Notes: generated from the letters alone by a model not told the origin. A DNA stretch of 47,888 bases, filler included, from Jimgerdemannia flammicorona (GCA_003990765.1; 2 parts of 2 records of this genome joined end to end with filler, not necessarily neighbours in it), one strand, 5' to 3'. Shown: positions 23,997 to 38,464, counted from the first letter of the whole stretch. Translations and numbers: made by a program.

Positions 23997-26900
23997 AAAA
24001 AAAAAAAAAAAAAAAAAATAGAGGTTGGGGAAGATTGAGGTAATTAGGAGGAGAGAGGATGATCTTTGCTAATAAGATCAAGATAGAGAGAATGGCATTG
24101 TGTCTGGAAAGTTGGTTGGGACTAGGGAAGACATCTATGGCTTCAGCTGGGGGACAGAGAGGGGCCCCCATGGGAGGGTCAGGCAGTAGGAGGGGGGGGG
24201 GAGTAGGGGCTGGAGATATGACTGCTGATGGCACAGTGACTGAAGATCTGGAAAAAAATCCAGATGTGACAGTTGTTGGCAGATCAGGACAGAGAGAGGG
24301 TATGAGGCCTGGAGACCTGGCAGATAGCATGACTGATATGGTGTTGGTACTATTATTTGAAAAGTTGATATCAGAATTCACTATCACATTGTACTTCTGA
24401 GGCTTAGTAGTAACTGTGAGGATGATTTTGAGGCTAGTGGTGCAGAATATGAAGGGAGCAGTTTTGATGAAGTTCTGGAAGGGGAAAGAAGGAGTTGGGG
24501 TTAGATTTGAGAAAGAGATATCAATGTCGGAGGCTGTGGAGAAAGGGATAGTAGTAGGTAGAGTAGTAGCTCCTATAGTAATGTATATATACTGAGACCC
24601 CCAAGTGGTGCAGTTGACAGTATTGGATTTTCCTAAGGTGTCAAGAGAGAGAGCCAGGGAGCTGTTTGTAGAGGTAGTCAAGGAGTATGGGGAGATTGTG
24701 GATATTGGGTTCTGAGTCTAGGAAGGTACTGAACTCAGGATGGGAGATGTTGATGTCAGGGTGAGGCTGGCTGGAAAGGAGAATACAGGGAAGATAAGGA
24801 ACTGGCTAGTGACTCTTAAGAGGGGACCAGTTGAATGTAAGGTTTCATGGGTAAAAGGGATGCCAGAGGAATAGGAGGACCTGCTGGAGACTCTTGAGGA
24901 TCTGGCAGGAGTAGTAGAGCTGAGAAGACTGGGAATATGAAACCAAGACCATGGTGGAGATTATGGATGTAAAGCAAATCAGGATGGACAAGGGGGCCTG
25001 GGAGAAGGTGCAGGGGAGGTGAATCCAGAAGGAGCTGTTAGAGAAGCTGGGAGGGGGTGTGGTAGCCAGTGGTGCAGGAGAAGGCGATGCTAGACTGATG
25101 GAGAGCACCTGGACTGGGGAGTGCAGGATGGCTCTGGATGTGGCCCAGGGTGGATCAAGTGAGGAGAGACTGGGCAGTATAGTAAAGGATGCAGAAATGG
25201 ATAAGGAAGTACACTCTCAGTATAGTGTCCTGAGTGGGGCAGAGGGTGAGAAAGAAATACTAGATATACTGGAGAAGGAGTGAGATGAGTCAGGAAGGAG
25301 GAGTGTATTGATGGACCCTATAGTGGGGGTCAAAGTGGTCACTCAGGGTGTTGCTGAGGCAGTAGATGAAGAGAAGTAGCTGTAGAAGACTCTGAAGGGA
25401 GTAACAGCTGAGGAGCTATGGGGTAAGGACTTCTGGTTACTAAGCAATAGATATTGGGAGGAAATTCTCCATGGTGAGGAGGTGCTGAGGAAGATTAGAA
25501 ATGAGATCTTAGCAGTGCTCTTGGAGTCAACAGAATATCAAGTTGATGATCAGAGGGAGGAGGCTCTTTGTGAGATGGTGAATAATTAGGTGGAGTACTT
25601 ATGGGGTTCAAGGAAGGGGTTAGAGAAATAGAGAGTGGTATATATAGATTTTTGGGTAGAAATAGAGGTTGTGGATAAGTAGAAGTATTAGGAAATCTTA
25701 GAAGTACTGAATGCTTAGGCTGTAATAGAGGATGAGTTGGAGGCAGAGAGGCACTTAGAACTGGCTAGTGATGAGATGAGTGTGGAATACCAGACTGGGC
25801 TCTCAATATCAAACATTATTTAATATGAATAGTATAACTAAAATATTTTCTTTGGATGTAAATGAGTTGAGGGGTGTAGTATGATAAAGGAATATCTTTG
25901 GCTGGCCGAAGGGGCTAGATGCAGAACTTTACTTACTACAGGATATATAGTATGAGGTAGATATAGATTTACAGAACTGGACTAGTGAATGGGGTAGGGC
26001 AGCTGTGTGGACTAGATAGATGGGTAATCTGGTTAGAAAGAGGATAGGAGATATTGGAGATATTGGACATTGGGAGAGTAGGTTGATGTGAGGAGTATGG
26101 AAGTGGCTTGGGTGAACCCCTGTGACAGTTAGGTTGTATTATTGCATGGCTGAGAGGGGGGAACATGTAGATTGGATCAGAGACTTGAGAGAGATGAGTG
26201 TAATGGGTGAGGTAGGGATTGACATAATTTCAACATGGTACATGATAATGTGATGGACAGAACTGAGGATAGGAGATCAATGTTTTTGCCATAATGTCGA
26301 TCTATACTAGGGAGGCATAACTATACTACATTTTGCATAATATCAACTATGCTATGCTCATGTAATGTCAATCTTCGTGATAAAACACCAATAACCCTGT
26401 GTCACTGAAATGACCATATATCACCCCGAAATCCTAGGAAAGAAACCCCAAATAAATGATCAATTGTTCTGTATTTGGGTGGAAATACATGGTATAAAAG
26501 ACTGACCCAACCACTATGTATATACATATATGTAGGATGAGGTGGGTGGTAATGAAATGTGTATGAATGCACAAAAGCGCAAAAGAGTAAGTGTAAAGCA
26601 TGTATGAAGTAATGTTGGGTAAATGGTAGAATTACATATAGAAGTAATGTGCAAACTGTGCTAGTACCAAAAAAGGAATGACTATGCCTGATTTGGAAAT
26701 GCCTTAGATAAATAATGGCGTTGAAACATTTTGGGTGCTATATGCCCAAGACCTTCCTGCATTCATTGACCTGTGGTCTCAAGCGAGCCCCCTCATTCAA
26801 TGTTTTTACCATAATGTCAATCTATGCTAGGGAGGCATAACTATACTATGTTTTGCATAATATCAACTATGCTATGCTCATGTGATATCAATCTTCATGA

Positions 26901-27209
26901 TAAAACACCAATAACTCCATGTCATTGAAATGACCATGCATCACCCTGAAATCCTAGGAAAGAAACCTCAAATAAATGATTGATTGTTCTATATTTGGGT
27001 GGAAACACACAGTATAAACGACTGGCCCAAATGTTATATATAAAATGTGCAGAATGATGATTTGTAGTGGTGTGAGTTGGCAGCGCCAAAAGAAAGAACT
27101 TGGCCCAATAAAGTAAAAAGGGAGTTATAGATGTGGAAATGTGAGTGGAGTAGAAGATAGAAAGGTGCCAAAGGCTTAATAGAAAGGCCATGCCCAATGT
27201 CGATGATAT

Positions 27210-27576
27210 GGCTGGTGTTGCAAGCTACATGGTTAAAACCAAGGGCAGGTGCCATAAATCATGTGAAAGCCAAGAAGCTGATTTAATGAGCCCAGTGATC
27301 GAGGGATAGAACTGGTGTCATGAGTTGCACGGGGGTCTGAGTAGGCTGGTGTCGCGAGCTGCGTAATAACGAAAAGAAGGAGGGCTGGTGTTGTGAGCCA
27401 TACAATGTCAGAAAAGATTGGTATCGCGAACTACGTGGTGGCAAGAGGCTGAGGTGGGTGGATTAAAGGCTGGTGTTGCGAGCCACATGGTGATATAAGG
27501 CCGATGAGGAGAGGTAAAGGCTGGTGTTGTGTGCCATGCAGGACTCGGAATAAGCTAGTGTTGCAGGCTATGCGGT
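27210..27576. repeat. Array of ~8 spaced ~19-bp motifs (GGCTGGTGTYGYGAGCYAC-like)
   Basis: Copies near 27211, 27311, 27344, 27383, 27418, 27468, 27519 and 27554, with non-repeating purine-rich spacers. Confidence 0.75.
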
Positions 27577-27650
27577 AGAAAAAGAGGAATGGGAAATCAT
27601 TAACTATAAGTAATATGAGTAGCAGAGCAAGTATTACAAGTTAACGAAGC

Positions 27651-28664
27651 CTAAAGATGGAGAATACAAGAAATAGGCATGTGAATATAGCCTTTAAATG
27701 CCATGCTCCCCCACTGACCCAACATCTGAATCTCATAATCGGATAAACCAGCTACAGTGGCATCAGATGTTGCACTAATCCGAAAACTATGCCTGGTGTA
27801 AAGAAGCAGATTCAGACCAATCTGTGGAAGTAACATATGAAGATGACTAACAAGATAGGTCCAAGAGAATGATCGATTTGCAGAATACTAGAACAGAGGG
27901 GTATCGGGTGGGGTTGGGTTCGCCAGATAAAGAAGGCAAAGTAAGGATACAATGCATGGCACAGTGGGATCCGTTTTGGTGATAAAAAGTGATGCACTCT
28001 GGCAAAACAGGTCTGTTTTAGAGGCCAGCAGAGTGAGCATAATATGGGTGGGGTCAGCAATGCTAGGTTAAAAGACCACAGAGCTGCGGGACAGCTGGGA
28101 AATGGGATCAAAAGACCTGTACCACGTAAATTCACCAGAGTGAAGAAAACCAACATATGCAAGTGACATTGCAGTCACAAGATGCAGATTGTTATAATCA
28201 GATAGCCAAAGCAGACAGATAATACTGCAAAGAATACGGAGCATGATAGGAAGCCGAGGTCAAGTTGGGCGTATGCCTAGCCACCACTTCATGTAATGCA
28301 TCACTTGGGAAAGTTGGTGAAGACCGATGAACAGATTGGCAAAGCCAGAGTTGATGTGTAGAGAACGAACAGCCAAGAGATAATGTTTGATTGTAGATAG
28401 TTGAAGCCATTACAAGGCCAAGCTACAGACCCACCACATTAGCACCAGTTCAGATATGGGCAAAGGTCCACCAGAGGCATGATTACCACCATGGAGATTG
28501 CAGAATTGGAGGAAGCTGCATTGTCCTGAAGAGTATGAATGGCGCATTGATTTTGCCTGTCCGAACCACAAAAAGAAGGCAATGACAGGTGGAAGCACAG
28601 AATTCAAATGATACCAATCATGCTCGGGAGCATCTGAGCATAAGGGGCAAGATGATGGAAACAA
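27651..28664 (-). pseudogene. Ngaro tyrosine recombinase
   Basis: SYSSGQCSFLQFC and C-terminal box HSFRISAT...IQMLG(R>Q)W.S.AFKGYI. Confidence 0.9.
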
Positions 28665-30165
28665 GGAAGATTAGCATGGGATAAAGCATCAGCAATGCCA
28701 TTATTGCATTAAGATGAATATGGTGCAAAGTCGAAAAGCATGATGTGCTATTTGAAAATAGTGCAGGTGGAGAAGTTCCAGCAGAAGAGGGTTGTGTGAA
28801 GAGCCAGAGTTGATAATAGTAATGACCACCTGATTATCAGAATGAAGCAATATATGGTGAAAACACTATTGAGCACCCCAGGTAGCAGCGGCAGTGACCA
28901 CAGTATAAAGTTCCTAGAACTGAATGTTGCATAAGGCTGTATCAGGAGGCCAGGGAGCGGAAAACCATTCATTATTGAAATGTGCACCAAAGCCCTGGAT
29001 CCTGCTGGCATCCATCTATAATTGTGCATCAGGCTCGTGGAACCATGCCACCAGATGTATAATGGAAATACTGTTCCAGTGGGGTAGGAATTCGAGCCAC
29101 CATTGAATGTTGGTGTAGAATTCCTCATTCAGTGAGATATGGAATGAGGCATTGCCAGATAGAAGATTGATAAACTGCTGCAGAAATGGGCAGCCCGGTG
29201 GAATGATTTTACAGGCAAATACCAAGGAACCAATAAGAGACTGCAGTTGAGGACGTGTACATAATGTGTGCAATAGTCACTGCTGAAGAGTGGCAAGCAA
29301 TGTGTCAAGCTTGCCAAGAGGCAGGCAGGCTTCCATAGCCATTGTATCCAATTCGATGCCCAGAAAGATGAGTAATGTTGTTGGGCCTTCGACCTTGTGC
29401 TCTTGAATCGACCAGCTGAGATGATGACAGATGGCAAGAAGTAAACATATGTCAGAGAGGGCAAACAGCCAGAACGGCGGTGAAATGAGGAGAAAATCAT
29501 CAACATAGTGGATGAGTGTGCATATGTCATGATGGTGGGCAATCTATATGAGAATTTCTGTGAAAAGGTTGAAAAGAAATGGTGATGTGGATGCACCAAA
29601 AGGAGCGAACTGTTCGAAATAAAACTACCCTGACCACTCAAAATCCAGCAACTCCCAATCCATAGGATGGATGAGAATATGACAATATACATTGGCAAGG
29701 TCAACCTTCGATAGAAGACATCCCTGGCCAAAATGACGAACCAAGTCCAAAGCCTCATTGAACTTAATGTAAGAGTGCTGGAAGGCATCGGTATCTATGC
29801 CAGTATTCACTGAATCGCTGTGATGGGGCAAAGAAAGGTCATGAATATGATGCCATGCACTATTAGATTCTTCTTCGCAATGGTGCCAAGAGGAGATGAG
29901 CGAAAGCATTTGAACAGAGAGGATGAGAACAGGCCACAAATTCCTCTGGTGGCGACTTCCCACTCAATGCAAGGAAAGCAGGGACATCCAGAAGATCTTT
30001 GATAAGGGATGGCGGCTTTTGAAGTATGATCTGAGCACCCAATTCATCAAATGTTTCAATGAATTGAGCATCAGGAAGACCACTGATAGAAATGACATTT
30101 CGCTCCAAGAAACAGCTGAGCGACATGGTGGTGAACGATTGTCGATGACTACGGCCAATAGCCAT
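28665..30165 (-). pseudogene. Ngaro RT-RNase H
   Basis: IHDLS, LSKVDLANVY, PFGASTSPFLFN, LIHYVDDFL, LQSLIGSLVFACKIIPPG, WWLEFLPHWNS, DASRIQGFGA, QELYTVV. Confidence 0.9.
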
Positions 30166-30169
30166 TGAT

Positions 30170-30857
30170 TAACATGGGCATATTTTAAAGAGAGATTGAT
30201 GCCTTGGACAACAGTATGGACAGAGATGACAGAAGGAGGTATAGGGATAGACTCACCCTGGGGATTACCAGCAGGGCTGTAAATGCTGGTCGACCAAACC
30301 AAAGAGAGAGTCAGTAAGGGCTGGGATGAGGATGGGGGTGTGAGAACTGCTAAAAGAGAGGCAGTAGCACAATTGATAAAGGCTTAATCGATGATGGAAG
30401 ATACATTCTGACCAGAAATGACAGGAACTATACTAGCTGATGCCACTAAAGATATGATGTTGGGGCGAGAGCATAAAAGCTGAAAAAGTTTGTCGAACCG
30501 ATGGTCTTGCATGGACGCATGCTCTTGGAGCTGAGCAATGCTGGCTTTGATGGAAACATCAGAGGCCGGTGTACAGAAAAAAGCTGGTCCAGCCACCATA
30601 GTGCTAGCGGGAGCCTTGGATGTGGCATGCACTGATAGATACGTGATTCAGCAGGGTGCGGAAGTAGAGTGATCAGGGAGGGTGGTGAGATAATCCATGA
30701 GGATAGCAATATCGGGATTCTCACTATCAGATTCCAGGTCGTCTTGCAGAAAGTGGAGCACATGCTCAATGAAATTAATGTCCGAGTGGAAAGGGCAGGT
30801 GGCAGAGCCCAGGTCATGTTGGCCCTTCGACATATGGGAAGGGTCGTATTGACACAA
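30170..30857 (-). pseudogene. Ngaro ORF1 (gag-like) remnant
   Basis: Positional only: minus-strand ORF pieces between repeat A1 and RT. Confidence 0.45.
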
Positions 30858-33800
30858 AAGGCAGGAATTTGTAGAGAGGACTATGGTAATATAATGAAAT
30901 GCATATGAATGTACAGAAGTACAAAAGCGTAAGTATAAAGTGCATATGAAGTAATGTTGGGTGAATAGTAGAATTATATATAGAAGTAATGTACATACTG
31001 TGCTAGTACCAAAAAAGGAAAGACTATGCCTGATTTAGAAATGCCTTAGACAAACAATGGTATTGAAACATTTTGGGTGCTATATGCCCAAGACCTTCTT
31101 ATATTCATTGACCTGTGGTCTCGAGTGAGCTCACTTATGGAATGAGAGACAGAATTGATGGGTTGGATGATTGGATGGAGATTGAGAGATTGAGTTCCTT
31201 AGTTAACTTATGGTGACAGTCTTGGGAGGATTACAGAATTTATACTCACTGGGTAGCAGGGCCGGGTTTCAGAAACAACTGGGTGTTGATGGTGGAGTAC
31301 TGGAGAGTGAATATCTGGGACACACTAGAGGTAGTTTGGTGCTCATTGTCAGATTACTGGGGTCTGATAGAGAGTGGGAGATTTGGGGGAAGTGGGGATG
31401 GGTCTGGACATTGGTGACTAAATTCTTCTTTATTGGAGGATGGTTCTCTATAGACAGACTGAGAGGTGGAAGCTATTGAGAAGATTAGTAGATAGTGAGA
31501 GCAGGGACTAGTAATTGGGGATTACTGGTAGAGGCTGAAATTGAGTGCTCAGAGGTACTAGAGGGAGACAGGGAAAGGAAGGAGCACTCAGCAGTAGTAG
31601 TAAGTATAATGGACTTCACAGAGATTGGCAGCACTCATGGAGAGGTAGGCAAGGTCACTAGAGAATTGGTGGGCAGCTGATTGGAGAATTCTGTGGATAC
31701 AAAAGGAAGTAGATGAGCTAATAAAAGTACTATATATGGAGGAAGTAGTTAAGCTGAAGGGGATAGTGGTGAAGTTGCAGTGGCAGGGATAGAGAAGAGA
31801 GAGAGGCCCACTAGATTTCTATCATAATTGCTCCAAGTGCAGAGAACTAAAGAGCAGTGGGATGGTATTTTGGATGAGAATAGAGAGATGGTAGTGGGGA
31901 CTTCTATAATTTTGGGATTGCTGAGAGCTCACTTGGGGAACTTGTAGAGTGATGAAGAGGGGGGTGAGGATGCCCTGAACATTAAGAGGCAGTTGGAGAA
32001 TTAGCATCTGGATGTAGTACTGGGTCTGAGAAAGCTGGGGGATCTGGTGTGTAGGGAGGAAGTGTGTAAAGTCTTGGCTTTAATATATAAGGAGATGGCT
32101 CAGGGAGAGGATGGGCTACCCTGTGATTTTTAGAAGAAGATGACTGTGGTGGCAGTGGTTCTGGAAGAAATGATAAAGATGTATGATGAGGTACTTAGAT
32201 CTGGAACTTAGATTGGGGGCCAGTACCTAGGGCTGGTCTCCTTACTCTATAAGGGAAGAAGGAAAGATTGGAAGAACTGGTGACTGATCATGCTCCTGGA
32301 CATAGACTATAAGCTGGTGACAAAGATCTTAGTAACTAGGCTGTAGAGGATTGATCAACAGGTTCTAGGAAAGGAGCAGAGGGGATTTGTTAGTGGTTGA
32401 ATAATCTGAGATAAAACTGTCTGGGTCTATGGAGTGATTGAAGAGGCTTAGACAGCTTGGGTTGATAGAAGGCTAGTATTCCTAGATCAGGAGGAGGCAT
32501 ATGACAGGATGAGGAGTGTCTGACTAGAGAGAGTGCTGAAATGTATGAGAGTTCCCCCAGAGTTCAAGAGGTCATTAATCAGTCTATTGAAGAATTTTCA
32601 AGCAGTACTGGTAGTGAATGAGTACAGGAGGGTGACTTTTCTACTAGGTCATGAGGTGCTGCAAGGGGATCCTTTGTCACCCATCCTTTATGTCCTTTTC
32701 TTGGAGCCCCTGTTGGACAGAATCTGATATCGAATTAGGAGTTTAGATATTTTGGAAATTAACTGGAACATTGAGGCTTTTGCAGACAACATGGTGGTTG
32801 GACTGGGTTCATTAGAGGATGTAGAGGAATTAAAGAGGATGGTGAAATGGTATAAGAGAGACTCAGCTACTCAACTCAACTAGTATAAATATGAGACTCT
32901 GGAGCTCAGTGGAGGTATAGTTAGCAGTGATGTGATTGGAACAGTAGTTCTGGCAGGAGAACCAATCTAGTACTTGGAGATATACTTTGCAGTATATGGG
33001 TCCCTTCAGCCCCATATATAGTAGGAATAGCAGCTACTTGTATGGAGGAATATTCTCCTGAGATGGGGTGGTGGCATATATCCTTGGCAGGAAGAGTGAT
33101 AGTACTGAATGTATATTGGCTACCAAAGCTGTAATATGTGGGGTATTATCTGGACTTCCTGATATGGGTGGTCAGGCAACTTTGGAAAATAGCAAGATTA
33201 TGGATTTGGGCTGGGAAGTTCTCACTCTGTCTGTGGAAAGATGTAGGCTGGGCTTGGTGAACTTTACCAAGTGCCTATATTACCTGAGAGTGTGATAGTG
33301 AAGAGGGCAAGTGAGTTGAGGGGTTGGGAGTGTGTGCCATATATGCAGAGGTTGTGAGAAGTATGGTATTCCCCTCATAGAGTATCTGGTGATCTGCTTG
33401 CAATAGTGGCCATAGATGGGAGCAGAAGGAAGCATTACAAAGGATTTTGGTGTAGAGTGGTGGATAGTGTAAGAAGAATTGGACTTCAGTAGAGAGATGA
33501 TGAGGGAAAGGAGGGCTGGTAACTCTAGATGTGGAGATGGAACTAGCTACTACTTGGAGGTATATTGGTGGAGGATTTTCAGCTTAGTGATGAAATGGAA
33601 TATATAAGGAGGCTCAGGGGGGACGTGTGGCCTGAATCATGAAATTGGTGAAGAGTGAGACTGGAATAGTATTTGGTCTTAGAGTAAGCAGGTGATGCAG
33701 TGGCTTTTCTCCAAGTTCTGGATGGTATGGTGGAGGTTCCTATGGCAGAATATGATGCTGAATTATCAGTCAGGATACTTGGCAGCAGATGGTACATTTG

Positions 33801-34396
33801 AGTGTGAGGAATGTATAAATGTTGGCCAGAGAGGGGACTGGTACAAATGCCTGAACATTGGCTAAGAGAGTGCAAAGTTTTGAGAGAGTTTTACCACAGT
33901 ATTACGAGCAGGCTGTAATTGTGGCCTCCTGTGTAGGGGGAAGGAGAGAGATGGTGAGATCTCTGGTAAAGGTTAGTGGGCAGAGTTGGGGATGAATGGC
34001 TGACTTTGGAATTAGCCCTGGTAATTTGGGTTGGGATGGCCAGACATTGGCTTCATATTTTTGAGGAGGGCCAGTGGGTTGAGGTTAGGGCTAGGGTAGC
34101 ATATTGGGAATGGTTGATGCTTAATATTTTGACTAAACATTGCTTTGTTCTGGACTATTTCAGAGTTAGTTTCTGCTATCCTGATAGCATTGGCATGCTT
34201 TATTTTGTCTTAAATATGGGTTTATATATGTGAATTTCCTTCTGTCTAAGATATATATGTATGAGACATTTTATGTAAAACATGGTAATAAAAGAACATC
34301 TCAACTCTCATTGAGTCCCTTAGCCATTTTGAAAGCTTGGTAGTTCACCTCTTCTCGCAACCCATAGAATCCTTTCTTATCACATTACTATAAGCA

Positions 34397-35408
34397 ATGA
34401 ACAACCCCTTCAACAACAACAGGCCACCTTGGCTGAGCACACTGAGTTCCTTCACCAGGTCACCGAGACTGTTGTGGTCAGCCTCTGCCCTCCTCTACCA
34501 GATCCAGAAGTCACAAACTGGTGTGACCAACAATTTCTCATCAATGCTCTTTTCCTTTGGTATTCCCAACATTCTGACCCTGCAGTCCTTAGACTTGATG
34601 GGAATCTCAATAGTATGGACCTCCATAATGATATCAACAGCAGTGATGATGAATTTCTCACAGCAGCCAAGTCTCAGGCCATTGGGAGATATTACATATC
34701 CCCCACATTCACTGATACTATTCCACCAGAATGCATCAAAGCACACCTCTTCTCTGCCAGTTTCAAGAAACTCCTCTGTTGAAACCCTGAACCCAAATGG
34801 AGTGTTCTGTGTACCCCCTCCATTGACAATGCATTCATGGATGATTTCAGCAAATCCACCAAAGAAGCAGACAAGGTTCTTGCTGACACCCAACAAGCTA
34901 TCTACAACACCCTCTGGCCCATTGCCATCACTCTCCAGGCCCTCAAACCTTGCTCTGATGGAGCTGATCTCCACCACTATGGGCTGGTCCATTATGCTGT
35001 AATTCTCCCTTTGGTGGAAAAACTGCAAGACTCTCTCCAGATCAGATTCCATGAAGTAGAATGTATCTATATATACTGCTACATCGAACTTGCCAAATCT
35101 GTGGGATAGTCACCTGCCCTCATCTCCACCTGCCACCAGTGGCTTCTGGCGCTGAGTATGATGGCAACCTGTTTGGTGCCAAATTCACCTGCCATTTTCA
35201 CAATGATGCCAAACACTGCAAGCACCTTCTCATGGTCAAGACAACCTCCAAACCAAGAGGTAATCCAACTCTGTCCCATGGCCCTGATGGTCATGGCCAG
35301 GGAAATGGGTCCTGGGGTGGCCACTGCTCTGACTACCGAAATTCTCAAAAACAGAGCTCTCAGAACCACACTCTGAGTACATATAGTCAAGGAGGTTCCC
35401 AGTACTGA
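34397..35408 (+). pseudogene. DIRS ORF1 (gag-like)
   Basis: Broken ORF after the left ITR: DKVLADTQQAIYNTLWPI, NLFGAKF. Confidence 0.6.
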
Positions 35409-35449
35409 GCTCCAAATCGGGACAACAGTACATTGACACCTACCACTCA

Positions 35450-37310
35450 ACTTTGAAGGATCAATTGATCTACAATACTATCACCCCCAAGACCTCGAAT
35501 ATAATCTCAAAGATGGGAGTAGAGTTAGTCCAGGTCTCTGAGACCGTTTGGATGACCCTGGGCATCAACTGCAGGGCCATCAATACAGCCCATGACAAGA
35601 ACTGCATTGAATGGTTACAACCCCTGACTCCACTCCAGACTGAACCCAGGTTCTCCTATAAGAAGGACATATCAGCAATAGAGAAGATATTGGTAGATAC
35701 TACCATCACCAAGTTCCAGGATAAGGAGGTCATCTATCCTGTCCAGAATGGGGAGCCACTCTTCTTCCCCAACATCTTCACAATCCTCCAGGTTAATAAG
35801 AACCAAGCCTGCCTTGATGCCCATTTGCTGAACAAGTTCGTGAGGTGATTGTACTTCAAGATGGAAGGTATCCAGACCCTATGCTATATGGTCTGGCTTG
35901 GCAACCACCTCATCAAGATTGACATAAAGGACGTCTATCTACATATTACCTTACACTCAGCCAATCAACAGTTCCTCACCTTTCAGTGGTGGAAGATCAA
36001 CTGGAAATTCTGTGCTATACCATTTGGCCTGTCATCTACTTTGCACATCTGAATGAAGATGATGGCTGTGGTTCTGGAGCCTCTCTGAGCAAGAGGCATC
36101 CAGCTCACCTATTACATCAATGACATATGTCTCCTGTTCTCTATGAGGAATAAAGTGCTCTGACAATAGAGGATCCTTTGTGACCATCTGGAGATATTGG
36201 GTTTTCTTCTACACCCATATGGGAACCCATGCAGCAACAGATGTTCCTGGGGTCCCTAGTTGATACCATCAATATGGAACTCCACTTACCCAAGGACAAG
36301 GTATGCAAGATCTGCAAGAAAACTACATCCCTCCTCTGCCTGATGATTGTAAATCTATACACAAGGTAGTATCACTGGTTGGTCTTTGCAACTCTATAGT
36401 ATAGGTGATCTTTCTGGCCTGGTTTTGAGTATGGTCCCTTATTTGGGACATCCAGGACTCCCTCAATGCCAACAACTATAACTGGAATGGTCTCATGTTC
36501 ATCTCTCCAACATCTGAAGAGGACCTCCATTGATGGTCCCTCAAGCTCTCCAGCTGGAATGGCCAGTCTCTACTTACTGAACACCCTGAGGTCACAGTTG
36601 ATATGGATGCCAGCAACCTAGGTTGGGGCTTCGAAATCATAGCTTCTATGTACACCAACTATGTGATGCAGCAAGTGATGGGCATTTGGACCCCTGTGGA
36701 ATGATACTGCTCCATCAACTACCATGAACTCAAGATTGTCCTGTTCATGCTCCAGACCAATAACTGCTATTGGGAGGGCCACATGGTCCTCATTTGGATG
36801 AACAACATATTTATGAGGGCTTTCATCAACAAGCTAGGGGGCTCACTCCTCCACCTGAATGAGATCACTACCAAGAGACACCACATCTGCACAATGAGGA
36901 GGATATGCCTCTTCGCTGAATACATCCCCAGAAACAAAAACACATGCACTGATTTTCTGAGCCACATCTACCCCAGCCCAGATGAATGTCAACTCTACCC
37001 AATGATATTCCATCATCTCCACCATTGGGGTCCCATATACCTAGACCTCTTTGCATCATGAACAATGACCCAGACCCCCCTTTTCTACAGCTGGTTGGCA
37101 GACCCTAAGGCCCTGGGCACCAATGCTTTCCAATATCAATGGCTGACCTCTAGTACTTATGTAAACCTGCTATAGATCCTCCTCAACCACACACTATGCA
37201 AGGTCAAGGAGAATAGGGGTACTTGCCTAGTCCTCATCATGCTGTTTTGGCAATGACAGAGTTAGTGGTCTGAACTCCTGGAAATGGCAACCACTCCTCC
37301 CATTCTCCTT
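35450..37310 (+). pseudogene. DIRS RT-RNase H-adenine methyltransferase-like ORF
   Basis: FKMEGIQTL, KIDIKDVYLHI, PFGLSS, YYINDI. RH DASNLGWG, INYHEL, YIPRNKNTCTDFLS. MT LDLFAS, FYSW..DP, NAFQYQW, YVN(PPW>LL*). Confidence 0.9.
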
Positions 37311-37379
37311 TCTTATCATTTCTTAATAATAATGACAATGATGATGATGATACAGATGATGCACTGGGATGCCCTGGTA

Positions 37380-38360
37380 TGGCAAATCAGCAACAATCCC
37401 CTGATACCACAGTACTGGCACTGCAGGTTCACAAACTCATCCAGGCCCGCATACAGATACCCTCATGCAAGAACTATGAGTCAGTATACCAACACTTTGT
37501 CCATTGGTGCCATCAACAATATATCAATCCCTTATGAGCTTCTATTGAGCAATGTACTAACAGCTTAGCTCAGCTTTTCAAGGAAGGGATGAGCATGCAT
37601 CAGCTTCAGAGCATCTATACTGCTATTAGCTGGTGGACCCCAATGATGAATGGTGTTCACTTCTCCAACCTTTTGACCATTTCCCATCTGATCTGGGGTG
37701 TTGTGAATCTTCAACCCCCTCTCTCAAAAGATAAGGCTGCCCAATGGGACATTGCTACCCTTATTCAGTGGCTAGCTTTCATAGGCCCCTATGACTCCAT
37801 CCAGCAACATGTACTCCACAGTGAGAAAACATGTGCTCTTCTTGCCCTATGTACCTCCTGGCAAGTGGTGAGTAATTTTGCAAAATGCCAGGCAACTGTC
37901 AGTTTTTGGGGTGATATCAGTGATTAGACTGCCAAAATGGTCCTAACTACTAACATGATAAAGAAATGCTCTCCCAATATTACCACCAAGATCTCTCATC
38001 CTATTTCAGCCCTCTTAGAGGACAAGAATATGTACTCTATATACTGGGTTTTCTGCTGGGCACATAAGATAGATCCCCTCTACCCATAGATAGACAGTGA
38101 CTATCTGTTCATCAGTATGTGCTCTCTCCATTACAACCTTACACCTGACTACCTTTGAAATTGGTTTTCCGAATGTATGGCAGTCACAGACATCAATCCA
38201 GTTCATTGCCCTTACTTCATTCAGGCCAAATCCTCCACAAAAGCCCTAGAAGAAGATATGCCCATTGATGAAGTCCTTGAGAGCAGCAATTGGAGTTCCA
38301 AAACTATATTTGAATGCCACTATCATCTACTATACCAGATGCCAGGGCTTTAACAATCTG
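37380..38360 (+). pseudogene. DIRS tyrosine recombinase
   Basis: WDIATLIQWL, KTCALLALCTSW, IQAKSSTKALEEDMPIDEVLESSNWSSKTIFECHYHL. Confidence 0.85.
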
Positions 38361-38464
38361 CTCAGGCCACTTCCCTCATTTACACAGTCCTCAAACATAA
38401 GAGTAAATTCATGGCTGTCAGCGCACCCCCACCCAGATGCTCTACTTGTATCAGATCTACAAAC

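Larger units (their letters stand above)
26277..31138 (-). mobile_element. Ngaro-type tyrosine recombinase retrotransposon with split direct repeats (A1-ORFs-B1-A2-B2)
   Basis: A1 ~30893-31138, B1 26797-27030, A2 ~26550-26796, B2 26277-26510. RT/RH and YR ORFs are present. There is no TSD and the LINE flanks rejoin. Confidence 0.93.

Noticed and set aside
18376..24681. Ser/Pro/Thr-rich minus-strand ORFs (e.g. 18898..19500, 23941..24681)
   Set aside because: They are antisense shadows of the G-rich LINE coding strand.
27210..27576. CRISPR array
   Set aside because: Eukaryotic retrotransposon context, degenerate repeats, irregular spacers and no cas genes.
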